In this document: positions 16,810-25,415 of the stretch, in pieces
How positions within the stretch are numbered: the first letter of the stretch is position 1
Layout of the letters: each line of letters opens with the position of its first letter
Virus record (IMG/VR): IMGVR_UViG_3300025645_000104
Coordinates: 1 to 52,214 of that record
Direction: 5' to 3' (one strand)
Length of the DNA: 52,214 nt
Source: a virus
Lineage: Duplodnaviria > Caudoviricetes
Notes under the pieces: generated by a model
Told to the model about the DNA's origin: nothing
Database searches by the model: none
The model's input: the letters and a program-made list of their open reading frames with translations, nothing else
Position numbers and translations under genes: made by a program

Positions 16810-17138
16810 AACCGTTAGCAAAAACGATAGTACAAGAGGTAGTAGATGAAGGTGGATTTTATTCTCTTGAAGTAGATGGTGAAGAGTATCAAGAGATAAC
16901 CAACGATACATCTTTAATATGTAACCAGAAAGACGGAGATAAATATATAGGTGTTGATAACCTAGATATATGTTACATAAATATATACGATAGCAAGAAA
17001 GAGTTTGATGGTTGGATACTTTGGATAGGAGTAAACGATCATGTAGAAAGAATAGGTGATCATACTTTAATGAGTAGTGACTACATTAATATAGATAAAC
17101 TAATGGATAAATGGGAAAAGGAGTATATAAGATTATGA
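16803..17138 (+). CDS. Acidic hypothetical protein
   Basis: ORF with GGAGG RBS. Confidence 0.7.
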   Translation: MLEPLAKTIVQEVVDEGGFYSLEVDGEEYQEITNDTSLICNQKDGDKYIGVDNLDICYINIYDSKKEFDGWILWIGVNDHVERIGDHTLMSSDYINIDKLMDKWEKEYIRL

Positions 17139-17305
17139 AATTTAGAGATGCGATAGCGATAGTAGCACCAAGTAAACTGGCATGGTATGATGCTCAAGAT
17201 AAAGATACTAAGTTTCAAGATGAGTGTAGTGCCTTGTTAGATAACAAAGAACAACTAGTCATTGATGACTACTTTAAAGAGGAGAACAAAAATAATGATG
17301 AATGA
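17135..17305 (+). CDS. Hypothetical protein
   Basis: ATGA-coupled start, AGGAG RBS. Confidence 0.65.
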   Translation: MKFRDAIAIVAPSKLAWYDAQDKDTKFQDECSALLDNKEQLVIDDYFKEENKNNDE

Positions 17306-17549
17306 TTTATTAGAAGAAATGCCTAGAGCAGGATCACCTGAAGACAGAGGTAGTGCTGATCGTTACTATTATAGAAGGTACAGTCCTCATTACTATGAGT
17401 ATCCTTTTGGTAAAGGTGAGTCACCACGTATTGAAGAAGATCGTATGACACCTGAACAGATTGCCTTGTATAAGAAAGGTTGGGATAACGAAGACGAACG
17501 TAAAGAATTTGACTATGAAGAATTTATAATAGAGGATGAGGAAGAATGA
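17295..17549 (+). CDS. Hypothetical protein (GSPEDRGSADRYY motif)
   Basis: GAGGAG RBS upstream of MMNDL. Confidence 0.7.
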   Translation: MMNDLLEEMPRAGSPEDRGSADRYYYRRYSPHYYEYPFGKGESPRIEEDRMTPEQIALYKKGWDNEDERKEFDYEEFIIEDEEE

Positions 17550-17767
17550 CAATGAGAAAACTACCTTTTAATTGTAGAGTAGGTTATAAACCTCAAGAAG
17601 TAGCCAATAGATTTACTGGTGAAAAGGTAACGATACCTTCTGATGCTGTCGCAGTTTACGATACCATCATGGGTGCTGAACTTTTTAGAGATTACGACAC
17701 AGTTCGTAAAGGTTTAGATTGGTTCATTAAACATGAGCCAGATGCATATATGATATTATTAGACTAA
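17546..17767 (+). CDS. Hypothetical protein
   Basis: ATGA overlap and GAGG RBS. Confidence 0.75.
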   Translation: MTMRKLPFNCRVGYKPQEVANRFTGEKVTIPSDAVAVYDTIMGAELFRDYDTVRKGLDWFIKHEPDAYMILLD

Positions 17768-17777
17768 GGAGAAAGGT

Positions 17778-17909
17778 ATGAATGAAGAAGAGATATACTT
17801 AAACACCTTGATAGCAGAGGCTGAGTTACAAATGACAATAGGGTATACTGCATTTGGAATGTGTGTTATGCTTGTTGTTTCTTTATGGATATATTGGAGA
17901 GTGAGATGA
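17778..17909 (+). CDS. 43-aa single-TM peptide
   Basis: MNEEEIYL...IGYTAFGMCVMLVVSLWIYWRVR; AGGAG RBS. Confidence 0.65.
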   Translation: MNEEEIYLNTLIAEAELQMTIGYTAFGMCVMLVVSLWIYWRVR

Positions 17910-18208
17910 ACAAGAGTGATTTAATGAAAGTGTTCTTTACTTTCACAGATGATAACGCTGAGTTAATGTTTAACTATGAAGATGTGAACGGAAAAGAAAC
18001 AACAGATAGAAAAGTTAAACCTTTCAAGATAGAGTATCAAGAAGATGATGATGAAGTATTAATTACAGGACTATGTGCTGTTGCTACTATGCCTTCTGGA
18101 ATTATTGATTGGCAACAAAGAAAGTTTTATTTAAATAATATGTCTTGCATTAGAGTGTATAAAGAGATACGCTATGCAGAGATGTTAAATTCAAAAGCTT
18201 GGAGTTAA
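17906..18208 (+). CDS. Stand-alone WYL-like domain protein
   Basis: FNYEDVNGKETTDRKVKPFKI...LITGLC...QRKFYLNNM follows the WYL pattern. Confidence 0.55.
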   Translation: MNKSDLMKVFFTFTDDNAELMFNYEDVNGKETTDRKVKPFKIEYQEDDDEVLITGLCAVATMPSGIIDWQQRKFYLNNMSCIRVYKEIRYAEMLNSKAWS

Positions 18209-18210
18209 GT

Positions 18211-18759
18211 ATGAACATATTTTATTTTTATGATAGCCCTGTTAAATCAGCAGAGGCACAACCTGATAAGATGTTAGTGAAGATGCCATTGGAGACAGCG
18301 CAGATGTTATGTACTGCACACAGAGAACTAGATGGTGACGAGTATGCAGACAAGGTAGGTTTGTACAAACGAGCATACTGGAATCATCCGTGTACAATAT
18401 GGGCTAGGGAATGTAATGAAAATTACTCGTGGTTATATGCTCATTTTCTAGCACTAGGAATGGAATACACTTACCGATATGGTAAGGAACATGCAAGTAT
18501 TATTAAGTTAGCTAAACCTTTAATGCAGTTCCCTAAAAATATAAAGAGTGGTCAGATGACAACAGTTGCACAAGCTATGCCAGATCAATACAAGAATGAC
18601 GATCCTATCAAAGCATATCGTGACTACTGTATCAATGAGAAGCACTATGCTAAGTGGGAGAAAGGTAGAGACAAACCTAAGTGGTGGGTGAAGGTGAAGG
18701 AAGAGCTTGATGAAGCGCAAGCAATAGATGATTACTACATGTCAATAGCGGAGGTGTGA
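18211..18759 (+). CDS. Pyrimidine-dimer DNA glycosylase / endonuclease V-like protein
   Basis: MNIF...DKMLVKMPLETAQMLCTAH...NHPCTIWA...AMPDQYK..DPIKAYRDY family signature. Confidence 0.75.
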   Translation: MNIFYFYDSPVKSAEAQPDKMLVKMPLETAQMLCTAHRELDGDEYADKVGLYKRAYWNHPCTIWARECNENYSWLYAHFLALGMEYTYRYGKEHASIIKLAKPLMQFPKNIKSGQMTTVAQAMPDQYKNDDPIKAYRDYCINEKHYAKWEKGRDKPKWWVKVKEELDEAQAIDDYYMSIAEV

Positions 18760-18935
18760 TGAAGAAACCTAAAGGCAAGACAGTCATGGTTAGGTATCCA
18801 GAAGATGATACAACTTGGCACAAAGCTACAGTTGGTACGCTACTGAGCATACAGTTTACTGCTGACTATGAGGTAGATGGTAAAGAAACACATGGGTTTT
18901 TCTTTTATAAAGATTATAAATTAACTTGGAGATAG
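18759..18935 (+). CDS. 58-aa hypothetical protein
   Basis: TGATG coupling, GGAGGT RBS; MKKPKGKTVMVRYPEDDTTWHKATV... Confidence 0.7.
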   Translation: MKKPKGKTVMVRYPEDDTTWHKATVGTLLSIQFTADYEVDGKETHGFFFYKDYKLTWR

Positions 18936-18937
18936 AT

Positions 18938-19114
18938 ATGAACTTAAAGATAGGACAAGAGGTAGATGGTAGAACCATAGATCGCATAACTATGGATAGA
19001 GATACAAGAGACATGACTGTTTGGTTTGATAAAGACTATCCTGATGATGGAGTTATAGTAGTCAGACACAACGAGTCTATTGATAAAGTTTTAAATCATA
19101 AATGGGAGAAGTAG
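18938..19114 (+). CDS. Hypothetical protein
   Basis: ATG after GGAG; fills the array. Confidence 0.65.
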   Translation: MNLKIGQEVDGRTIDRITMDRDTRDMTVWFDKDYPDDGVIVVRHNESIDKVLNHKWEK

Positions 19115-19116
19115 AG

Positions 19117-19326
19117 ATGCAAGACAGATACGAAATACTATTGCAAATTGAACAGGTATTGAGTAAGCTAGAACGAACTGTACCTGCAGGGTTACGTAAA
19201 GAGATAGGTATTTCAAAAGCGTTAGACAATGTAGGTAAGTTAATAGATGGTGAAACTGAAAAGAAACATGAAGAGTTAGAGAAAGAATACGCAATGATGC
19301 AACAAGCAATAGAAGAGATGGAGTGA
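19117..19326 (+). CDS. Helical hypothetical protein
   Basis: ORF track frame; start at MQDRY. Confidence 0.65.
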   Translation: MQDRYEILLQIEQVLSKLERTVPAGLRKEIGISKALDNVGKLIDGETEKKHEELEKEYAMMQQAIEEME

Positions 19327-19329
19327 GAG

Positions 19330-19476
19330 ATGAATAAAAAATTAAAAGATATAACAACAGAGATTAGTAAGTTAAATATAAAAGAACAAAGACAGATAGC
19401 TATTATTATTCTAGCATCTGTACTGAGTGATGAATCTTTAAAAGAAGTATTAGACATAGTAGATTACGAGGGTTAA
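19330..19476 (+). CDS. 48-aa hypothetical protein
   Basis: MNKKLKDITTEISKL...; GGAG RBS. Confidence 0.6.
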   Translation: MNKKLKDITTEISKLNIKEQRQIAIIILASVLSDESLKEVLDIVDYEG

Positions 19477-19526
19477 TTGTAGTTACCTATATAAAACTAC
19501 AAACATAAGAAGAAGGAGATATAAAG

Positions 19527-19706
19527 ATGGTTAAGATATTTGACGGTACAGCAAACAAGAAGTTCTATCACGTTAATGTGTTAGGCTTTAAGTTCAGAGT
19601 TGCGACAAACACTAGAACTTTTAGTAAGTTTGGCTCTTACCTAACAGGTAGAGGTCGAGTGTTTAACTTTGGTAGACAGTACTTGTGCTTTATACCTAAG
19701 TCGTAA
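19527..19706 (+). CDS. 59-aa basic hypothetical protein
   Basis: AAGGAG RBS; MVKIFDGTANKKFYHVNVLGFKFRV... Confidence 0.75.
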   Translation: MVKIFDGTANKKFYHVNVLGFKFRVATNTRTFSKFGSYLTGRGRVFNFGRQYLCFIPKS

Positions 19707-19709
19707 GAC

Positions 19710-19860
19710 AAAAGTCTCCCTAACAATTTAATGCATGGGTTGTTAGATGACTATAAAAGCGCACATGCTAGTGTTGACAGGCACTATAAAAACCGATAGT
19801 TATGTTGCTGTTGGAGGAGTTGGTAGTCATCTTCGGAACTAAAAAACTACCATATTTTTT
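19710..19860 (+). ncRNA. Candidate structured intergenic RNA
   Basis: Stems CTAACAA/TTGTTAG, TAGTG/CACTA and TGGTAGT/ACTACCA, then a T tract. Confidence 0.4.
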
Positions 19861-19881
19861 AACAACAAAGAGGAAAGTAAA

Positions 19882-20301
19882 ATGGCTACACAGATAAGAA
19901 AGTTTGAACAAGATGCAATCGTTGATACTATTGCTGATAAGATAGAGACAGAGTTAAAGAGTAAGAGACAAGAGATGATTAAAGATGATAGAGACTACGA
20001 GTCTATGTTATCAGATTCAAATCAGATGAAAGCTTTGAGTAAAGATATTGATGATCTAACAGAGAAAAGAAACTTACTGCATGGTAGTATCTATGAACGT
20101 GTCCAAGAGTGGAACGCTAGTAACAATTCTTATGCACTAGATATAAATAGGTATCAAGGAGTCTTAAGTTTAAATCCAAAGCTTAACTATTATCATTTAA
20201 GAGAAAAGATAGGTAACAAGGTTGCGATAGCACTCTTACCTAAAGATGCAAAAGAGAACATGGATACTATTATATCCAACATAACTAAGGAGTTTGTATA
20301 A
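19882..20301 (+). CDS. Coiled-coil hypothetical protein
   Basis: ORF with GAGG RBS. Confidence 0.8.
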   Translation: MATQIRKFEQDAIVDTIADKIETELKSKRQEMIKDDRDYESMLSDSNQMKALSKDIDDLTEKRNLLHGSIYERVQEWNASNNSYALDINRYQGVLSLNPKLNYYHLREKIGNKVAIALLPKDAKENMDTIISNITKEFV

Positions 20302-20582
20302 TGCAAATAAAATTTGATTACTATGACATGCAAGAAGCTATTCAGTTATTAGTTAAGGAAAAGTTTGACATGGATATAGATTTAGAAGATCTATCACCAC
20401 ACGACTATCCTAGTATTGAATATCGAGAACGTGTGTTGGTATATAAAAAACATAAGAACGGAAAAGAAGTTAAAGATAAACACGGCTGTCGTGAAGTAGA
20501 TTGGGATAACACTGAATACGTTACTAAGCATATAGAGTTTGATGATAGTTCCGACATAACTTTTTATGTAGGTAAGGACTAA
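20301..20582 (+). CDS. Hypothetical protein
   Basis: TAATG coupling, AAGGAG RBS. Confidence 0.75.
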   Translation: MQIKFDYYDMQEAIQLLVKEKFDMDIDLEDLSPHDYPSIEYRERVLVYKKHKNGKEVKDKHGCREVDWDNTEYVTKHIEFDDSSDITFYVGKD

Positions 20583-20584
20583 CA

Positions 20585-20758
20585 ATGAGTATAGATATTA
20601 AAGAGTTAGACGTAGTACTTAAAGACTTTGATGAACAGTTAGAGAGTGAAAATTTTGGACTGTACATTGATGCTTATGTACCACCTAAAGAAGAAGCTAA
20701 CACTAAAGGAGATGAATATGTTTATAATAATTTAGATGATTTAGATTTTAATAGTTGA
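20585..20758 (+). CDS. 57-aa acidic hypothetical protein
   Basis: MSIDIKELDVVLKDFDEQ...; AAGGA RBS. Confidence 0.65.
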   Translation: MSIDIKELDVVLKDFDEQLESENFGLYIDAYVPPKEEANTKGDEYVYNNLDDLDFNS

Positions 20759-20783
20759 ATTTAAAATTTAGATATGGTATAAT
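20755..20783 (+). promoter_or_regulatory. Sigma70 promoter with extended -10
   Basis: TTGAAT-17 bp-TATAAT with TG at -15/-14. Confidence 0.7.
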
Positions 20784-20814
20784 CTTATAAGTATTATAAG
20801 GAAAGAGAAAACAA

Positions 20815-21045
20815 ATGATTAATAATAATGTTATAGACTTTAAAAACTTTAAAGCAGAGAAAGATGATAAAGAATATATTGTTAGTCTTTATGAAACTAA
20901 ACAATATAATTTTGTAGTTAGAGCTAACAGCGGAGAAGAAGCTGAGAATATTATAAGTAAAAGATACGAGTCAGGTGAGGTGATGCTTGAAGATAACTTA
21001 TCTGTCTTTACATTTGAAACAGTAGCAACAGAAAATAACAGTTGA
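20815..21045 (+). CDS. Small protein, DpnD/PcfM-like
   Basis: YIVSLYET...VVRANSGEEAE...YESGEV pattern. Confidence 0.55.
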   Translation: MINNNVIDFKNFKAEKDDKEYIVSLYETKQYNFVVRANSGEEAENIISKRYESGEVMLEDNLSVFTFETVATENNS

Positions 21046-21070
21046 CATAGGAAGAGGACTAGTGTATAAT
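21042..21070 (+). promoter_or_regulatory. Sigma70 promoter of the replication module
   Basis: TTGACA-17 bp-TATAAT, perfect consensus. Confidence 0.9.
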
Positions 21071-21076
21071 ATACAA

Positions 21077-21196
21077 TTCAAATCACGAACAAGATATGTA
21101 GCCCTCATGTATCACCTTCCTTTTTATCTTGTTTGTTCGCTGATTGAGCGAGTAAGTTTCTGGTCTTACGATAATATAAAACCAGATCTAATTTTT
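21077..21196 (+). ncRNA. Candidate sRNA / leader with anti-RBS loop
   Basis: Stem GAACAAGATA/TATCTTGTTT encloses GCCCTCATGTATCACCTTCCTTTT; second stem TCTGGT/ACCAGA then a T tract. Confidence 0.6.
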
Positions 21197-21222
21197 ATAG
21201 CAACGAAAGAGGTAAAATAAAA

Positions 21223-21639
21223 ATGATGTACGCAACAGGAAAAGCAATGTGGGCTAACGTGTCTGTACCTAACACACGTTTTGAGCCACATAAATACATG
21301 GTTACTATCTTGACTGACGAAGACACAGCATCTGACTTAGAAGCAGCAGGTCTTAAACAGTCTACCGATAGAGCAGGCAATGCTAAGTATGATGAGCCTG
21401 CGTTCATGTTCAGTAAGACTGCGATACGCAAGAAAGATGGTGTCGCCAACAAAGCTCCAAAGCTAATTGATGCTGATGGTAATCCTTTAGATTGTTTGAT
21501 TGGTAATGGTTCTAACATTACTGTAAAGGTTAGACCATACAGCACAGCTTATGGTACGTTTGGAGAGTTAGTCGCTGTTAAGGTTAACGAGCTTGTTGAC
21601 TATGAAGATGGCGGTGACTTGGATAACGAGGAGTTTTAA
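21223..21639 (+). CDS. ssb: Single-stranded DNA-binding protein (T7 gp2.5-like)
   Basis: GKAMWA, LIGNGS.ITV, acidic tail ending in F; upstream of primase. Confidence 0.85.
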   Translation: MMYATGKAMWANVSVPNTRFEPHKYMVTILTDEDTASDLEAAGLKQSTDRAGNAKYDEPAFMFSKTAIRKKDGVANKAPKLIDADGNPLDCLIGNGSNITVKVRPYSTAYGTFGELVAVKVNELVDYEDGGDLDNEEF

Positions 21640-21640
21640 G

Positions 21641-21910
21641 ATGGTTGATGAACAGAAACCTTTTATTACTATTGATGATGTGCAGATTTCAGTAGAGGAT
21701 TTACCTGAAGAAGCACAAGGTATCTTTGGTAGGATACAAAGATTGAATCAGAAGAAAGCAACTCTTGCGTTAGACATGGAGGAGATAGACGCAAGCCTTA
21801 ACTTTTTTTCAGGTAGGATAATTAGTATTGTTAATGAAGATGCTAAACCAACAGGAGAAGCTGATGAAGAATTGGTAGAAGGAGAAGACGCAGTAAAATC
21901 TAACAATTAA
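21641..21910 (+). CDS. Hypothetical protein
   Basis: GAGGAG RBS; MVDEQKPFITIDD... Confidence 0.75.
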   Translation: MVDEQKPFITIDDVQISVEDLPEEAQGIFGRIQRLNQKKATLALDMEEIDASLNFFSGRIISIVNEDAKPTGEADEELVEGEDAVKSNN

Positions 21911-21997
21911 ACTTAACAAGAGAGGCAGTACCATTCAAGAGAACATAAGAGATAAGATGGTAACTTATCCGCCTCTTAATTTTAAAAGGAGCAAAGC

Positions 21998-23683
21998 ATG
22001 AGGGCAGAGTTTGACGAAAAAGAATGGGAGTTGGTACACCAACCTTGTCCTTTGTGTGACAGCAGTGATGCTGTTGGTATCAATAAAGACAGATCAGCAA
22101 AATGTTTTAGCTGTGATGAGTTTATGCCTAACTATGATGATGCAAGCAAAGGAAAAGATATGGAAGTAAATAAAATTAAACCACTTGTTCAGCAACAACA
22201 ACAAGTAAATGATATAGCAGGTACTTATTCTGCGTTGACAGATAGAAAGATAAAGTTAGAGACTGCAAAAAAATATGGTGTGAAAGCACAACACGATTTA
22301 CAAGGCAGAGTAACTAAGCATTTCTATCCTTACTACAACGGACATGAGCTATCAGCAACCAAGTGTCGTAACGTAAATGATAAAGGTTTCTTTCTACAAG
22401 GAACGTATAGTGACACAGGTTTATTCGGACAGCAGTTATTTAAAAGCGGTAAGTATATAACGATTACCGAAGGCGAATGTGACGCAATGGCAGCTTACGA
22501 ATTACTAGGCAGTAAGTGGGCTGTAGTTTCTATTAAGCGCGGTGCGGCAGGTGCAGTACGAGATATAAAAGAAAGCCTTGAGTTCTTTGATGACTTTGAA
22601 AACATTATCATTGCATTTGATAATGACAAAGCAGGTAAAGAAGCAAGCACTAAAGTAGCTAGATTGTTTAAGCCTAGCAAGGCTCGTATTATGACGTTGC
22701 CTACAGGGTGTAAAGATCCTAACGATATGCTACGGCAGAACAAACACAAGCAGTTTACTGAAGCTTGGTGGTCTGCTAAAACGTACACTCCATCTGGAGT
22801 TATCAATGTCTCTGAACAACGTGAGAAGTTTCACAACAGAGAGAAGAAAGAGAGCGTACCTTACCCATACGAAGGTCTTAACAAGAAGCTGTATGGTATG
22901 AGACAAGGTGAGCTTGTTACTCTTACAGGTGGTACAGGTCTTGGTAAGTCTAGTGTTACGAGAGAGATAGAACATTGGCTAATTAACCAGACTAAAGATA
23001 ACGTAGGTGTCATTGCACTTGAAGAAGATTGGCGCAGAACTATTGATGGTATCTTATCTATCGAAGCTAACGCTAGGTTATATATAGATCAGGTACGAGA
23101 AAGATATTCTAAAGAAGAATTAGATAAGCTCTTTGATATTCTATATGATGGACAGAATAAGAATAGAGTATGGGTACATGCTCATTTTGGAGCTAACGAG
23201 CTAGACGAAATCTTTTCTAAGATAAGGTTTATGATCATAGGTTGTGGCTGTAAATGGGTAGTAGTAGATCACTTGCACATGCTTGTCAGCGCATCTACTG
23301 AAGGAGATGAAAGACGTACCATTGATTCTATTATGACTAAGCTTAGATCTATAGTAGAAGAAACAGGTGCAGGTCTTATTCTTGTATCACACTTGCGCAG
23401 AATTGATGGTAACAAAGGACATGAGAACGGTATCGAAGTAAACCTATCTCACCTTAGAGGTAGTCAAAGTATTGCACAGCTTAGTGATTGTGTATTGGCT
23501 CTTGAACGTAACCAACAGTCAGACGATCATCAAGAGTCACAGACAACTAAGGTTCGTGTATTAAAGTCTAGGTACACAGGTGATGTTGGTATGGCTTGTC
23601 ATTTATTATATGATAACGAAACAGGTAGACTTAAAGAAATATCTAACGAAGATTTAGAAGTAGAAAATAACGAAGGATTTTAA
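21998..23683 (+). CDS. DNA primase-helicase (T7 gp4-like)
   Basis: Zn ribbon CPLC...CFSC, TOPRIM ITEGECDA and FDND, helicase GTGLGKS, VVDHL, LRGS. Confidence 0.95.
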   Translation: MRAEFDEKEWELVHQPCPLCDSSDAVGINKDRSAKCFSCDEFMPNYDDASKGKDMEVNKIKPLVQQQQQVNDIAGTYSALTDRKIKLETAKKYGVKAQHDLQGRVTKHFYPYYNGHELSATKCRNVNDKGFFLQGTYSDTGLFGQQLFKSGKYITITEGECDAMAAYELLGSKWAVVSIKRGAAGAVRDIKESLEFFDDFENIIIAFDNDKAGKEASTKVARLFKPSKARIMTLPTGCKDPNDMLRQNKHKQFTEAWWSAKTYTPSGVINVSEQREKFHNREKKESVPYPYEGLNKKLYGMRQGELVTLTGGTGLGKSSVTREIEHWLINQTKDNVGVIALEEDWRRTIDGILSIEANARLYIDQVRERYSKEELDKLFDILYDGQNKNRVWVHAHFGANELDEIFSKIRFMIIGCGCKWVVVDHLHMLVSASTEGDERRTIDSIMTKLRSIVEETGAGLILVSHLRRIDGNKGHENGIEVNLSHLRGSQSIAQLSDCVLALERNQQSDDHQESQTTKVRVLKSRYTGDVGMACHLLYDNETGRLKEISNEDLEVENNEGF

Positions 23684-23684
23684 T

Positions 23685-25415
23685 ATGGATTTAGTATTTG
23701 ATATAGAAACAGACGATCTTAAAGCAACAAAGATACATTGTATAGTGTGTCAAGATCCTAACTCAGGAGAGATCTTTAAGTTTAAACCTAATCAGATTGA
23801 TGAGGGTGTTAAATTTTTAAGTACCGCTGATAGATTAATAGGACACAATATTGTTGGCTTTGATATTCCTGTTGTTAAAAAACTAACAGGTACTGATCTG
23901 TCTCATATCGAAGCATTAGATACGTTAGTGTTGTCACGACTGCTTAATCCTATCCGAGCAGGTGGTCATAGTCTTGAAGCTTGGGGATACAAATTAGAAT
24001 ATCCTAAGATTTCTTTTGAAGAGTACAAAGATTATTCTGCAGAAATGTTGAAGTATTGTGTCAGAGATGTGCAGTTAAATACTTTAGTATTCAAGAGCTT
24101 ACGTTTAGAATCTAAACAGTTTTCTAAGGAAAGTGTATTGCTAGAACATGGTGTTGCAAAGATAATGAAGGAGCAAGAAGAGAATGGATTTAAGTTTGAT
24201 AGTTACTCTGCTGAGATATTGCTCGCTAATCTGAGAGAAAGAAAACAAAAGATAGAAGATGAAGTACACAATACATTTAAACCTAAATGGGTAGATGATA
24301 AAATAGTTACACCTTATATTAAGAAAGATGGTCAGTTATCCAAACGTGGATTGTCTGATGAAGAGTACGATAACTGTCTGTGGTTTGGTAACACAGATCC
24401 TTTCATGCGTAGAAAGTTAGTTGACTTTAATCTTGGCAGTCGTAAACAGATTGGAGAATACTTGATTGACTTTGGTTGGAAGCCAGAAAGATTTACACCT
24501 ACTGGTCAGCCTATTGTAGATGAAAAAACTTTATCAGAAGTTACACACATACACGAAGCTAGTCTCATTGCAGAGTTTCTTTTGTTACAGAAACGTATAG
24601 CACAGGTTGATTCGTGGGTTAAAGCAGTTGAAGAAGATGGTAGAATACATGGCTTTGTTATACCTAACGGTGCTATCACAGGTCGCATGACACATCGTAG
24701 TCCAAACACAGCGCAGATTCCTAGCTTACGTCAGCCTTATGGCAAGGAGTGTCGTGCATGTTGGACAGTAGACGAAGGTAATGTCTTACTAGGTATTGAT
24801 GCGTCAGGTTTAGAACTAAGAATGTTATCTCACTATATGAAAGACGAGGAGTTTACAAATGAAATACTTAACGGAGACATACATACCGCTAATCAAAAGC
24901 TTGCAGGACTTAAATCAAGAGATCAGGCAAAGACATTCATCTATGCGCTTATGTACGGAGCAGGAGATGAGAAGCTTGGAAGCGTGGTTGGTGGAAATAA
25001 ATCAACTGGTAGAAAGTCTAGACAACTGTTCTTTGATAATAAACCATCATTTAAAACTCTTAGAGATAGAGTTACGAGAGCAGCAGCAAGAGGCTTCGTC
25101 AAAGGATTAGATGGTAGAAAATTATTTATACGCAACGCACACTCAGCTTTAAATACTTTATTACAAGGAGCAGGTGCGATAGTTATGAAGCAAGCACTTG
25201 TTATATTTGACAAGCATTTACGTGAAGCAAACCTAAAGTATAAGTTTGTTGCTAACATCCATGATGAGTGGCAAATGGAAGTACCTAAACAAACAGCAGA
25301 ACTAATAGGTGCAATGGGTGTTCGATCTATTATAGAAGCAGGACAAGTTTTTAATATGAACTGTCCTTTAGATGGTGAATATCAATATGGAGGGAACTGG
25401 AGTGAAACACACTGA
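23685..25415 (+). CDS. polA: Family A DNA polymerase (T7-like, Tyr762 type)
   Basis: Exonuclease FDIET and GHNIVGFD; motif A DASGLELR, motif B RDQAKTFIYALMYG, motif C IHDE. Confidence 0.95.
   Translation: MDLVFDIETDDLKATKIHCIVCQDPNSGEIFKFKPNQIDEGVKFLSTADRLIGHNIVGFDIPVVKKLTGTDLSHIEALDTLVLSRLLNPIRAGGHSLEAWGYKLEYPKISFEEYKDYSAEMLKYCVRDVQLNTLVFKSLRLESKQFSKESVLLEHGVAKIMKEQEENGFKFDSYSAEILLANLRERKQKIEDEVHNTFKPKWVDDKIVTPYIKKDGQLSKRGLSDEEYDNCLWFGNTDPFMRRKLVDFNLGSRKQIGEYLIDFGWKPERFTPTGQPIVDEKTLSEVTHIHEASLIAEFLLLQKRIAQVDSWVKAVEEDGRIHGFVIPNGAITGRMTHRSPNTAQIPSLRQPYGKECRACWTVDEGNVLLGIDASGLELRMLSHYMKDEEFTNEILNGDIHTANQKLAGLKSRDQAKTFIYALMYGAGDEKLGSVVGGNKSTGRKSRQLFFDNKPSFKTLRDRVTRAAARGFVKGLDGRKLFIRNAHSALNTLLQGAGAIVMKQALVIFDKHLREANLKYKFVANIHDEWQMEVPKQTAELIGAMGVRSIIEAGQVFNMNCPLDGEYQYGGNWSETH

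Noticed and set aside
19710-19860. tRNA gene
   Set aside because: No cloverleaf, T-loop GTTC motif in the right place, or acceptor stem
20998-21108. Minus-strand 36-aa ORF with a strong SD (AAGGAAGGTGAT) as a type I toxin
   Set aside because: It is antisense to a perfect promoter and to another gene, lacks a TM helix, and I saw no minus-strand promoter; the anti-RBS reading fits better but this is not fully excluded
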